64,000 nt of DNA from Monocercomonoides exilis PA203. Lineage: Eukaryota > Protista > Preaxostyla. Made by a program: the position numbers and the translations under genes. Positions 51,401 through 64,000 of the stretch are shown one piece after another; the stretch's first letter is position 1, and each line of letters begins with the position of its first letter. Under the pieces are notes generated by a model, which was not told the DNA's origin, did no database searches, and was given only the letters and a program-made list of their open reading frames with translations. The stretch covers positions 992,001-1,056,000 of the forward strand of contig LSRY02000017.1 in the NCBI GenBank assembly GCA_001643675.2, read 5' to 3'.

Positions 51401-54400
51401 ACCGCATTTGGTTTGCCAATTGAGCTTAGAAGAGGACACTTGCTTCGCTCAGAATCGCCTCCATTGCTACCTACACCGCAGCCGATGCTGCTGCTGCTAC
51501 TTGCACTTGCACTGCTTATTCCTCTGTTGAGCCCACGGAGTGCCCTGTTTGCATTGTAGTTGACTGCCTCTGACACGCGTCTCTCGAGCTCTTCCTCAAA
51601 GTCTGCAGATGTGCTCATCTCAAACGACGTCTGGCGGAAGAGCATCAAAATCTCATTAAAAAATGGTGTGAACACTTCGCTCTTCTGTCGCTTGAGTAGT
51701 TCATTATAAGCCATCGCCAAGATATGCCATGACTTGTGCCATGTCGGTGCACAGTCTCCAGCATTGATGTAGTAATTTGCTGCTTCTTTTATGTCCTCCA
51801 GAGCTTTGCTCTGCTGCAGCTGCATTCCTTTTTGAAGCCATATCTTCGCATCGATCTTCGTAGGCTCGCTTGTCGTGTGTGATGTTAGGATCTTCTTCGC
51901 ATCTTCTTCCTGCCCATTCGCTAAGAGATTTTTGATCTTTGCATACTTTAGCTCCATTTTTTGCTCCCGCTTCAGCTTCCGCCTTCTTCCAGTCTCAGTC
52001 GAGTTCCCACATATCTCTCCGCTCATCAGCTGGTTGAACACATTCTGCGCCATCACCACGTGCCCATCCTTTCGGCAATGCGATATGAACTTCAGCCAGG
52101 AATGGAGATCATCCATCGGATCCAATACAAGCGAGCGAATGGCCAGCGAGTCTCGCCAGGCAAGGCTGTCAAACTTGGTCGCTTCCAGGCGGGTGCGCCA
52201 CATTGCACTCAGCCGCTCCTTCGTTTCGGCGCTCGACTTGCACAGCAGAATCTCCTCCAAATCCACCAGTTCCTGTGCACGGAATATAGTCGGGTAGATC
52301 CTGTCGTATGTAGTAGAGGCAATGGTAGAGGGGTCAGCACGGAGGGCGCTGCGGGCTTCTTTGATGAAGTTGTGTGCCTCTTCGGCCTGCCCATTGCATA
52401 CCGCCAGAACAGCCGAGAAGAATAAGTGGTCAGACGAGAACTTGTCCATCTCCTCCACAAACACCCCCATCTTCTCAAACTGATGCAGATGTAGCGCTGC
52501 CTGCGCACCGAGCCTCGCCAACTTCTTTCGATCGTCACCGTCCACGCCTTTGATGTGCTCAAGTGCAATGTTCAGTGCTTTCTTCGAATCGCCCAGCTCC
52601 ACTTGAGACCTCACCAGCACCATCACATCGCTCACCATCTTCGGTTCATTCATTGTGAGTGCTTCATCGTACTGCCTTATCGCACTTCCCCAGTCCTTCA
52701 GTATCTCCAGCTTGGAGGAGTCTATCGGGATGTTGAAGAGCTCCTGCCCCAGCCACACCACCCCCCTTGCGGCATCGTCCTCGCACAGCTGCCTATTCAG
52801 AGAGAGCAGTGAGTCTACTAAATCTCGAATGCTGGGTGTATCTGTTGTGATGCCGGTGCTTAGGATGGAATACCCTGGCGATAGGAAGCCAGAAGAAGTG
52901 GAGCGAGCAGAGGCAGAAGAGATAAAAGCTGACTGATCAACAGGTGGCGCATCGACGAACAAGCTGCGAGGGTTTGAGTGGTCACCGAAGCGTGTGCAGA
53001 TCATCGAGTGCCAACAAGGGTAGAGCATGTCTCTGCTCTGCCTGACGTTTTTGATGAGGAGGAGTTCCCAATAGCGAAGAGCACGTGGGAGCGAGTGGCA
53101 GCGCTCAGCCACACGCGCCAGAAGAGCCATACTCAAATCGAAGCTTGTCTCTCTGCGCTCCATGAACTCATCAAGTGCTGTTATGAATGAAAAAGAAAAT
53201 AACAATAAATAAATAAAAAAGAAAATAGCAATAAAAATAATATAATATAATTAAACAAACCAAGAAAAGAGTTAGCCAAGTCAATCGGAAGGTTCCTCTT
53301 GCCGAGCATTTTGTGTATCTTTTCAATCACCTCGCTCTGCCCCGGAGGCTTCAGGTCGTCCCAAAAGGCAGCGAAGGCGTGGAAGAAGAGGGAAAGAGGG
53401 ATGGAAGGGATATTAGTGGACAATGGATAGCAGGCTGAAAGATCATTATGTGGGGAGAATTGAAGCAAGCGTCTGGTGAGTGTGCGGTACCACTCCTGAA
53501 AATCTTCAGCAGTCATCGTCTCGTCCATATCGAGGGCAGTGATGATCGGCTGGAGGAGAACAGAAGGCTTCTCCTTCGCTGCCTCTGAGATGAAAGGTCG
53601 ATAAATCTTCATCCGCTCTTTCTCTTTTTCCACACTCTCGTTCAAGCGCTGTTTGAAGACATCGACGAATTCTGTGTTTTCCTTCCCCACCATCACAAGT
53701 GAATGGCGGAACAGTTCAGTAAACATTTCACTCTGCGAAGACAGTGATGAAGAGATTATCTGCACACCCCCAGTGCATATTCCACCATGAATGGCAAGAG
53801 CATACAGGATTTGGATGACATGTTCAATGATGAAGAGGTCGAGGTAGCTGTAGGCACATCTAGTGTTAGCGGCAGAGGTGGCACTGATGGCAGAGACAGA
53901 TGCCTGAACGATGACTTGAGGAGGGGAGAGAGCGCGAGCGAATTGGGGCTGAAGAGAGGCAGCAGTGATGAAGGTGGGCTTGGGAGGATGGGTGGTGGTG
54001 GATGAGGATGAGGAATGGCCGTATATGAGGCCGCTGCCTGAGAAGGAGGCAGAAGAGGGAATGCTAATCATAGAAGTACCAAAGGCGAAAGGTGTTGCAG
54101 GATTCTCTGTTGATGACGAAGACGAAGAAGATGAAGACGTTGAAGACGTTGAAGAAGTTGAGGAGGAGGAGGAGGAGGAGGAGGAGGAGGAGGAAATTGA
54201 AGAAAGAGAAGGAGAAGACGAGGCAGAAGAAGAAGCAGAGGCAGAAGCAGCGCTTGGCGGGATGCGTGGACAGAAGAGGAATTCAGTTTCGTCTTCTGGG
54301 CGGTGGACGGAGTTCGAGAGGAAATGCTCGCCTTCTGCTAAGATACGAAAGGCCTTCAAAGCGAAGGAAAAGGGATGAACAGGAGGGAGAGCGAACTGGG

Positions 54401-57400
54401 CAAGGCAGTAGGACAAAGGGGCGTCAGCAGGGATGGTGGAGGAGAGGTTGATCAGATGGTCGATCTGCTCAGCCACATTCTGCGGGGTGATTTGTCTGCT
54501 GTGGCCATGACGTGAGGAGCGCGTGGAGGCATTGGAGGAAGAGGAGGAAGAGGAAGAGGAAGAGGAAGAAGAAGAAGTGAAGGGAGCAACAGTGGCAGCA
54601 GCAGCGTTGGATGTGGTGAATGCAGGATGGGCAGGGGTTGGGGCAGATACTGAAGATGAGCCTAAGAAAATTGATGAGTGAAGATTCGAATACACAGATG
54701 TTGAAGCTATTGGCAGAGAAGAAGATGAAGAAACAGGCAAAATACAAGGCATGCTGAATGGAAGAAGACGCAGGATCGGCTGAAGGATCATAGAGGAGAA
54801 TAAGCAAAGATTGTGTTGATGTGCAAGAACCGACAGTGTAAATAGCGCAGCCACACGAGAAGTGAATGGCAATTCGGCATTGTCGATTATGTCGATGATG
54901 GAGCGAACGAGAAAAGGCATGTACCCGTCGAGGAAGTTCGAGACGATTTCGAGCAAGAAGAGCGTTTCGTGAAGATACCCTCTCTTTTGGATGTTGGAGA
55001 GGAGGAGGGGGATAAGGGCAGGCATTGTCATGCGCATTTCCTGATAGACAGAGAGGAGCTGCTCCACAAGCGGGGCAATGAAGATGAAGTGTGTGTGCCA
55101 CAGGCGCTGGATGAGGCTGAGGATGCGTCCAATGTGCTCCCTCATCTCCAGTTTGAGGTGCTTCACTAAAAGAATCAGATTATAGCAAACGTATTCATAG
55201 ATGCCAGCACACTCATCCGAGTCAGCGATGCGGAAGAGGAGAGAGACCAACTGTGAGAGGAAGACAGCAACGGCTTCTGGGTGGGAGTCAACGTTGATGG
55301 CAACCACGCGCAGCAGCTCTCCCACACGGTCGACACTGCCATTTGCTCTCTGCTCTTCGATCTCTTGTAACAGCAGTGATAACACAGGTCGTGACACATC
55401 CCCCCTTTTCGGTCTGAGAAGGAGCATGGCTGTTGTGGGTGGGGCTGGTATCTGCTGTTGTTGTGGCTGTTGTGGTGGCTGTTGTGTCTGTTGTTGTTGT
55501 TGATTCTGCTGTTGATTCTGCTGCTGAGTAGCAGTGTTGTTGTTCTGTCCAGGTGCGTCAGACAAGACACGGTGGATCTCAAACTCTGTCTGTTGCGGAT
55601 GGAGCACTTCTGCTGCATAGAGTGGGGAGATTGCACCAATAATGCCCAAAAGGTGGAGGGTCTCTCTGAACACAGGCAGAGAAGAGGAGTGCAACAAGGA
55701 CATGATCGATTCCAAGAGTGTCTTGAATGTGCGATACGGAGTGACAACACGCCCAGATGCCCGCACAAGCAGCCCAAACGTCCTCAGCGCAGATTCGACC
55801 AAGAACGGCTGCTTCTGAGCAGCGTATGGAGTGAGGCAGGCGATGATGGGCAAGGCGAATGCCTCAAAGTGCTCATTGATGAGGAAGCCGGAAATGCGTG
55901 CGAGTTCACCAGTGATGTCAAGGGAGATGCAGATGAGCTCTGGCAAGCGGTAGTGGATGGGAGGAAGAAAAGAGGCGAGAATGGCTTTGATGTATACGAC
56001 AGCTATGTCTGGGCAACTGCGGATAAGGTGGAAAACACGGAAAGCATACATACGCTTCAAGTCTGTGCTTCGATGAATGCAAAAGGAATCCAGGCTTTCA
56101 TTGAGCAGACTTTGGAAGATTGGGTATATGGATGCACAGTTCTTGGTGGAGAGGCGAGAAAGAAGAGAAATGCATTGCAGACAAACTTCAGAGCTGCGGT
56201 CGTACAGCAGCGGGAAGATGAACGATATGAGGTTCGACTCGAGAGAGAGGAAGAAGTCATACTGGGAAGCGAGCGAACGGATGAGAGTGATGCGCACCTC
56301 TTCTTCGGGGTCAGTGGCCATCATAACGAGCAGTTTTTTGAGTACCTCCCTTGCCATTTCCGAATGCTTCCCATTCACTGGCGGCTTCTGCCCGGTTGTT
56401 ATTACCAGCTTGCAGCACGCTTTTGCACATGCGATTCGGACATCGCGTGAGTGGTGAGAGAGATAAGGGCAGACAACATCGTGCAGATAGTGAATGAGAT
56501 AGCGTTGGGAGAAGTCAAATTCAGAGAGAATGCGAAATGCCTCACAAATCTGGTCGGATGACGCCTCTTCGTTCATTAACGCTGGATGCTGTGGTTGGTG
56601 GGCAGATGAGGAGGATACAAGCATGCTCGATGCAGAAGCAGAAGCAGAGGAAGAGGAAGAGGAAGCAGAAACAGAGGAAGCAGAGGAAGATGCGAGTAGT
56701 GAAGCAAGCGTGCTTGGTGTTGTCACTGTGATTGCAGGTGAAGGCTGCTTATTATTGATGAAGAGCTGTTCAGTGGAGAGGGCGTAGCATCTGACGTCGG
56801 GCAGTTTCTTCACGTTGAAACCGGTGCGGCACATGACTATTGGAGGAGAGTTGCGGATTACGCAGAGGATGCACAGCTCGGTGTCGGGGGTGCTGTTGGA
56901 GGGGATGCAGATAACAGGGGAGATGGAAGAGGAAGAGGAGGAAGAGGATGAAGAAGAAGAGGCAGAGGAAGAAGAAGCAAAGGAAGTGACAGGTGCACGA
57001 GCAGAGGATCCGAGACGAGTGACTGGAAAAGAGACAGATGAAGGGACAGATATACGGGAGACAAGTGGCATGGCTTCATTCTTCTTCTTCTTCTGAGAAG
57101 CAGATGCTGGCACGAGGATTTCGTATTGTGCGATGAGCAGCCTTGTCTGGAAGGAAGGGAGGAGATGAGGAAACACGCTGCAGATGACGCTGATAGTGCG
57201 GCAGAATGCGGAAGATAAAGGGAGCTTGAACAATGACTCAAGGAAGGACTCTGACAGATCCATCTGAGTGCGCAGGCAGAGCAACATCTCGCACAAACAG
57301 TCAAGCACACACACGATGATAGAAGGGGATTTCGATGTCTTGATCGTCTTAGCCATCACATCAGTCAGCCCTTTCTTCAATGATCCAATAGACAGGCTGA

Positions 57401-58006
57401 GTGATGTATCTGAAGAGGGAAAGCTCGCCCGCTGGTTGGTGAGGTTCTTGATGAGGCGGGCAGCGATGGGGAAGGAGAGCTTCTGTGTCTCGTGGTCAGA
57501 CTCGCAGCAGGCTACGACGGCGTTGATGCATCTGGGCAATGCTTTGGCCACACTGGAATGGTCCATCTTGACAAACGGGGGAAGAGTTGCGATTGTCGCC
57601 TGCCGAACAAGATTGTCTGTGTTCGACGTTGCATAGAACACAATCTCAAAAAAAGATTGGTATGTTGATAGAGTATTAAAACATTAACGAATAATTGAGA
57701 TTATCCCAAAAGAATAAGGTATCTTCAAAATTGAAGAAGACACATACAATTTCAGAAACTTTCTGCTGCAGGAGTTGGCTGTACATCGTGTTGAGTGTAA
57801 GCATCTCTGCCACCTCCAACAGCAGCCCGTGGCTCTTCGCAATCTGCTTTGTAGACGACTTCTGTATCATCTCCAGTTCATTCAGACATTTCTCGAACTC
57901 GTCCTGAAAGAGATGGTGGTTACGCAGCATAAGTTGCCCGATGCACTCGCCGAAACAGCGTGCGGCTTCTGAGTGGAAAGCCAAGTCATCAGACTGCAGA
58001 ATGCTC
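48406..58006 (-). CDS. TOR: Target of rapamycin kinase (multi-exon; further 5' exons may extend to ~59450)
   Basis: HEAT repeats, FAT, FRB (ELIRVAV..EELW..LDEIS), kinase SKQRPR, LKGREDLRLDERVMQLF, LGLGDRHPSN, HIDFGD, VPFRLT, FATC YLGWMPLW*. Exons approx. 57748-58006, 53261-57644, 50272-53177, 49601-50137, 49271-49435, 48406-49104. Confidence 0.93.
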
Positions 58007-60029
58007 TGAAGAGATGGAGATGAAATGAAATGAAGAGGAAGTAGTTGAAAGTGGATTGTGGAATAGGATCAAAAATAAAAAAGAAGATATTGTTGTCATA
58101 TGAGTTAATGTTGTTGAAATAGAAGAAAAGAGATGAAGGAAGGGAATTCCACAAATCATTCATATTAAAAATAAATGAAAATTGAATCATAATTATTTTT
58201 CAATGAAACGATTGATTCGTCAAAACCTTCATGATGCTTATTGTTTGTGGCAAATACTTCGCAAACTGCGCAGGTGATTGTCTTGAACATTCTTCCAACA
58301 AAAAAAGTGAAGATGAACATTTTCGTTTATCTTCTTTTTGTTTGAAATTCAGCTCCTGAGTTGAAGTGTTAGAAGATTTTGTTCTATTTGAAAAATTAAT
58401 ATATTAAGCATAAAAGAAAGTGGTAAAACCATTTCTTGATAACAAAAATTAAATTAGCCATACATAATTGATGCTTGTGTTTGGAAATAGTTTTCAAAAT
58501 TTATAAAAGCTTCAGATACTAATTGGTCAATAAACTCTGCAGCTCCTAAAAAATTCTTTCCAATATTCGCTTTTATTTTTAAAAAGCATTCATTCAAATA
58601 AGATTAGAAAAGAAAGAAAAAGAAAAAGCATATGTAATTTAAAGGTTGATGCATGAAACTCATTTTTTCAATAAAAAATATTTATGCTGACCAATTACGT
58701 TTGCAGCTATTTTTGGAATTTCTTTTTGCGTTGAATATAATGAACTTCGCAAATAATCTTTGATCTTTGTGAATGAAAATGCAGCCATGTTAATAACCAA
58801 GTGTTCTTAAAACATGTATCATAAACATGAGAAAAGGTATCGAAAAACAAAACAGCATATTTTAAATATTTACTTTTAGCAATAGGTTTCAAAATTATAA
58901 ATATCAACAACCGGTTGCAAGAATGCACGCAATATTAAAGTTTATGTTATTGGATTTTATAGAAGCCAAAATGACAGGTAGAAAGTCAAATGTTGGATGC
59001 TTGTTTAACAAATAGACAAAATTTATCAATAATTGAAATGAAATAAGAAATGAAATGTTGAAAATCAGTGAATCCATAAAAATATAAAAACACAAAATTG
59101 CAATTGCAATACCTCTCTTATAATTTTTTCAACTTCTTCGCGCATTTCCGGAAGAGAACTTAAAACCACCAAAATTTTCGTTTCTCAATAATTGAGAACA
59201 CAAAACAAAACAATTACACCCCATTTTAACTGTCAAATGAACATTCTCTTTGCATTTTTCATCCATCAACAAAATATGTAATGGGTAATAATTTATAAAT
59301 AAATAAGGGTGCTAATTATGATCCATAACACTTTCCATGTTTGAAACAAAAACGAAAATGAAAAAAACAATAGAATGGAGACTGCTCATCATTATATATA
59401 GTTTGTTCGTTCAATGAGAGGTGGTTAAGAGCTTCTTGATCATTCATTGAATATTTACGTTTTTTGGCTGTGATTATCGTGAATTTATTGATTTTGAAAA
59501 ATTTTGAAAATATCGAGTTCAAATATATATATATGTGTGTGCATATTTGATTATTCAAATTAAATCAAGTATTTTCATATCACTGTATATATTTATTCAA
59601 AACATTGAAGATAGAAAAATTTGATAATTCTTTTCATACAGAAAAATTACGTTAGCTTTATTGGATCCTTCATTGATAAAAGATTGCTTTGTGAATTCTG
59701 GATTTATTTCATCACTTTTTTTTGAAAATTGTTATGCAATTTATTTTGATGCATTTTTTTAATTTTCAAAATCACAAAAAAAATATTCCCAAAAAAAAAA
59801 AAAAAAAATAAAATAAAATAAAATAAAATAGAACTATACTAAATTTATTTAAGTATTTCAATTTGAATATATTCAAAATAAAATATATCGATTTAATTCT
59901 ATTTATCTGCAATCAAATCAGTTTTGATTGACTCAATTCATAATTCAGAAATTCGGGGATAATGATCATTTAAGAAGAAATAAAATAATGGTCAAAATTG
60001 TTATTAATAAATATTTATAAAAATATATC

Positions 60030-61489
60030 ATGTCTCAAAATCCTTTATTATCAATTTTGGAACATTTAGAACAAAGAAATGCCATTCCAAATCAATATCA
60101 TGATGAAGAAGATACAGTTCCTCGAAGTATTATTGACTTAGCATTAAAAAAATATGAAGACCCATCAATTGCATTTTTTCGACTGACGGGCTTTGCTCGT
60201 TCAGAATTCAACATTCTTTTATGTCTTCTTTCCGATTATTCACACCCACAACGAGGAAGAACAAAAGCAATTAATACTCTTGAAGAACAGCTCTTTTTAC
60301 TTCTCAACTTTCTTCATCATGGATCTTGCACATTAACTCATCTTCTTGCAAAGCCAAGACATTCATCTCAAACATCAACAGTTCGTCTTCTTCATTCTTC
60401 TGTTGAAAAATTGAAAAATCAGCTTTCACAATTGTTCATTTCATTCAGACCTGAAAGAATAACAGGATTTGAAAATGTAGGTGTTGTTGTTGATTGCACT
60501 GTAATTCCAATTAATCGTCCAGGAGGAAAATTGGAATATGGAAAAAAATATTTCAGTGGAAAACATCACATGTATTGCGTAAAATCGGAGGTGGGTGTTA
60601 ATCCCAGATTGGGAACAGTCAGCACTGTTAGTTCTGTGTACACAGGTTCAACTCATGACTTCACCATATTTAAGGATCATTATCCAACTTTCCAATCTCA
60701 ACTTGGAGGAGCAAAAATTCTAGCAGATTCAGCATACATCGGTGCAAAGCCCGAACTAGAAGCGATTATAACAAAACCTGTTGGCACTCCAGAGTTGGCA
60801 TCTCATAGAGTAGTTGTTGAAAGATTTTTTGGAAGGTTAAAAACTTTGTTTACAATTTTTCGCCGTCCGTTTGTTTTTGATGAATCGAAAGTTTCTGACT
60901 ATTTTTTGGTTGCATGTTGTCTTGCAAATTTTCATATACTACATAACCCACTAACATTAAGAGATTCTGAAGCAAACAGTCGAATTTTGAACGATATTTT
61001 GAGGGAAAATGCTGAAAGGAAAGATGCAAAAAGAAAAGCGAATGAAAGATATATGGCCAAATTGAAGAATAGACTTAATCCTGGAACTTCCGTGGAACCC
61101 AACATTTCTATAAATTTCGAGGAAATAAGAGGCTTATTTTTCGTTCTTTTACCATTATTGAATTTTTCATTTTGTTAAAAAAACTTTTTTCCTTTTTCAT
61201 TTAACCATATTAATTATTTTTTTGATTCTGTTATAGATCATTTAGATTTACAGAGGCAGCGAGCGAAAGAAAGAAGAATAAACGAAGTCCAGAAAATAAC
61301 ATGTGAAAGAAACGAGAAAAGAGCTGAAATTTTGGATAAAGAAAGACAAAAAGAAGATAATGAACAACAAAAATCAGATTGTTTACACTCCTGGCATCTT
61401 CCGATGCAATGGGACTCTGTAAATCTTTCTTCAGACGATTTAATTAATATTTTATCTTCGCAACCGTCATCTTCATCGATTTCTTCTGT

Positions 61490-61529
<40 letters not shown>

Positions 61530-61865
61530 ACAAACTCAACAAACTCAACAAACTCAACAAACTCAACAAACTCAACAAACTCAACAAACTCAACAAATCC
61601 TTTTATATCATTTTTATCATCGTCTCCAAATTTTGAAACAATTCAATCTTCTTCTTTTTCGATCTTGGAAGATTCTCCTCGATCAGCATCAACAATATCA
61701 TCTTCATCGTCAATTCCTTCATTAAATTCAACATCTTCAAATCAATCACCCTTTAAATCTCAAATGAACTCCGAGAACGAAAGAAGCTTTTCTTTTGGTT
61801 CTTTAGCTTCATTTGTAACTCCGTCTCAAGATAGAATACAATTTCCTGTTTTCAATTCACAATAA
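60030..61865 (+). CDS. DDE_Tnp_4 transposase, apparently intact; predicted intron 61132-61236
   Basis: VDCT, FSGKHH, HD, LADSAY, VVERFFGRLK motifs; exon 2 is in frame with ORF 61332-61865. Confidence 0.85.
61491..61597 (+). repeat. (TCA)n followed by (ACAAACTCA)n coding repeats
   Basis: Encodes poly-Ser then (TNS)n. Confidence 0.9.
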
Positions 61866-62765
61866 AATACGTTGAATCTTATTCTCAGTGCTTTTATATC
61901 TTCATATCATTCATTCATATTTAATGACATGTTTCAAATCATTCATAAATAACAATTATTCATATTTAACAATTTTTTTTTCTTTAAAAAAATTCTGATG
62001 TTTCAAAAAATTATGAATAAAAATCATATTAGTCCATATTGCAGTTTTGATGTTAAATCGAAGTGATATTCAAAAAACCAAAGTTGTAAAAGCTAAAACG
62101 AGATAAAAATAAATATATATTGTTGGTTTTTTTCTTTGGCACAATATACTTCGTTCACAAAAAATTGATTTTGTCCAGCTGATTCGATCCGAATCAGAAG
62201 CAGTTATTAAATTTGATAGTTAGCAAAAATATCGAAAAAAACATTAATAATAAGTTTAAAGAAAGTCTTAATACCCCAAAATGCAAATATCAAACTATAA
62301 AGGACAAACAAAATATTGTCGATCGAAAGTGGTATATAACAAAATTTGAAAGTGATCAAGATTCTGATTGAGTAAAATCATATTTGACTTAATCAAATCA
62401 AATTAATCCTTTCCAATTCACAATCACTCATTCTTTGCAAGTATCATAAATTGAAACGAAAAAGGTCTAATAAAAAAATAAAAACAGACAAACAGTTGAA
62501 CAGCACATGAAGAAAATTAAAAATAAAAACTTTTTTCAATGTATTTATGTCTTTTTCCAATTTTTATTTCCTTTTCTTATCATTCCATTTCATTGCTTTT
62601 TTTAAATTTCTTTTAAAGAGAAAGCACACATGAGTATTATTTTTATTTTTTCTCTTGGAAATTTACAACAGAAGAATTTCCTGAGGTTCAGAATAGTTAA
62701 TGCTATGGGTATATTTGAAATGCTTTTTTTCTATTTATTCTAATAGGAAAAGGTAAAGTTTTTAT

Positions 62766-64000
62766 ATGAATGAAGAAATTGTAAGTAAAACAAATGTATT
62801 AGTGATTGGCGATCATTTTGTTGGAAAAACTTCACTCATTTTGGCAATTGATGCAAAAGAATGTTCAACCATTGAAAGTGGTTTGCTATAATAAATTTCA
62901 AACAATCATAAATGTCTGTTCTTTTTATGAGATTTTCTGAAAAACATCAAAGAATTTAAAAACAATTTTCTAATTTGGAAGCTATTGATTGGAAAAGAAT
63001 CAATTTTTTATTTTTACGAGAATTCCGATGAAAATTTTTCGATTTTAAGTCGGTGTGGTTATTTTATTCTTATTTTTTATGCAAAAGTCATCACTTATCG
63101 ATATTTAAGCATTCTTCCTTTCATTGATATAATTTTGTTTCTTTTTGATTTTTCGAAAAAATCTTCTTTTGATTCATTGAATCAAAAATGGTTCAGCATT
63201 CTTGAAAAATCAAAAGAGTCTTCGTGCATTTGTTTTCTGGTTGGAACAAAAACAGACTTGGCTGAAATGTGTCAAGTTTCTCTGAAAGATGTTTGTAAAT
63301 TTTTTCAATTTGTCTTTTATGAAAAAGAATATTTAGGCAATGACAATTACGAAGCAAAAAAAATTAAACTTTATTGAAGTTTCCGCTCTTGATAATTGCA
63401 ATATACCGTTGCTGAAAATCTTTTTACTGAATGCTGCCAAAACATCTGAGCTTATGAAAGAAAAAAAAGGCACCATCGAAAAAATGCTGCTTGACTCGCA
63501 AAGTAGTGAAGAATACGAAGAAGATACTGAAGACAAAGAAGTAGATGATAGTTCTGAACCGCTTGTGATTAGAAAGATTAAGAAGAAAAAGAAAAAGAAA
63601 AAGAAAAATAGAATTGCAATTGAGCAAACTCCAAAAGAATTAATCCTTGTTGAAGAAACTGAAGACAATGACAACGACAACGACGATGCAGAAGAAGAAG
63701 AAAATGAGAAAAAAGCATACAGCAATAATGATGAAAACCTTGAAAAGGAGATTTCTAAAAGACCAGTTTTCGTGACAACTGCGAAAAAAATTTCAAACAT
63801 TCAGCAAAACAAGGGAAAGAAACAAAGCTCACACAGAAATGCCAGTGATGCCAGAAGCAGTGTGCAGAAAAGTAACCAACCGGAGCAGACACAACAGATG
63901 GCAGAAGAGTCCAGTCTGAGCGATGGCTGTGAGTCAAGCGAGGAGAATTCTGAGGTGAGAAACGAGCCAACCAGCCAAATTAGCATTTTGAAGAGGAAGA
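62766..64000 (+). CDS. Divergent Ras/Rab-superfamily small GTPase with a long acidic C-terminal extension (multi-exon, runs off window)
   Basis: VLVIGDHFVGKTSL (G1), LFLFDFS..SF, LVGTKTDL (G4), IEVSAL (G5), then an open E/D/K-rich frame to the window end. Confidence 0.6.

Larger units (their letters stand above)
59830..62468 (+). mobile_element. Solitary PHIS-type element of the same family as the array
   Basis: AAT|AGAACT... and ...AAGGTCT|AAT; subterminal TTGATTGACTCAA and GATTGAGTAAA motifs; TIRs degenerate. Confidence 0.7.

Noticed and set aside
48607-57972. Many antisense and alternate-frame ORFs over TOR (e.g. 55458-56450)
   Set aside because: Shadow ORFs of a GC-richer coding region, with no motifs.
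3-58006. Functional nutrient-signalling cluster (Fab1, AMPK-beta, TOR)
   Set aside because: The genes are spread over 58 kb with unrelated sequence between them, and nothing in the sequence indicates co-regulation. Synteny data would be needed.
58200-59450. Separate gene upstream of TOR
   Set aside because: The minus-strand coding-like patches could be TOR 5' exons; this cannot be resolved without transcripts.

Overview
AT-rich, intron-containing eukaryotic DNA. The Ser-rich low-complexity proteins and a recognisable expanded hypothetical-protein family suggest an oxymonad such as Monocercomonoides (inference). Host genes: the 3' part of a Fab1/PIKfyve-type PIP kinase, a giant AMPK-beta-like protein, a Kazal-domain protein, TOR kinase, a divergent small GTPase, tRNA-Glu(TTC) and tRNA-Thr(TGT). 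About half the window is DNA transposons. The standout structure is a ~19.4 kb chain (22658-42093) of at least nine PHIS-type (Harbinger/ISL2EU/Pangu-like) elements. Three carry transposase genes, one is a remnant and five are ~990 bp MITEs. They abut end to end, separated only by the trinucleotide ACT/AGT, and the chain starts 12 bp upstream of the tRNA-Glu gene. Their transposases share a phase-1 intron (GC donor in three of four) and short conserved C-terminal motifs. Also present: four pogo/Fot-like DD35D elements (one ends 5 bp upstream of tRNA-Thr, two form an inverted pair around two host genes), a hAT-like element carrying a host gene-family fragment, and three large fold-back palindromes. 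Coordinates were read by eye and may be off by a few bases.
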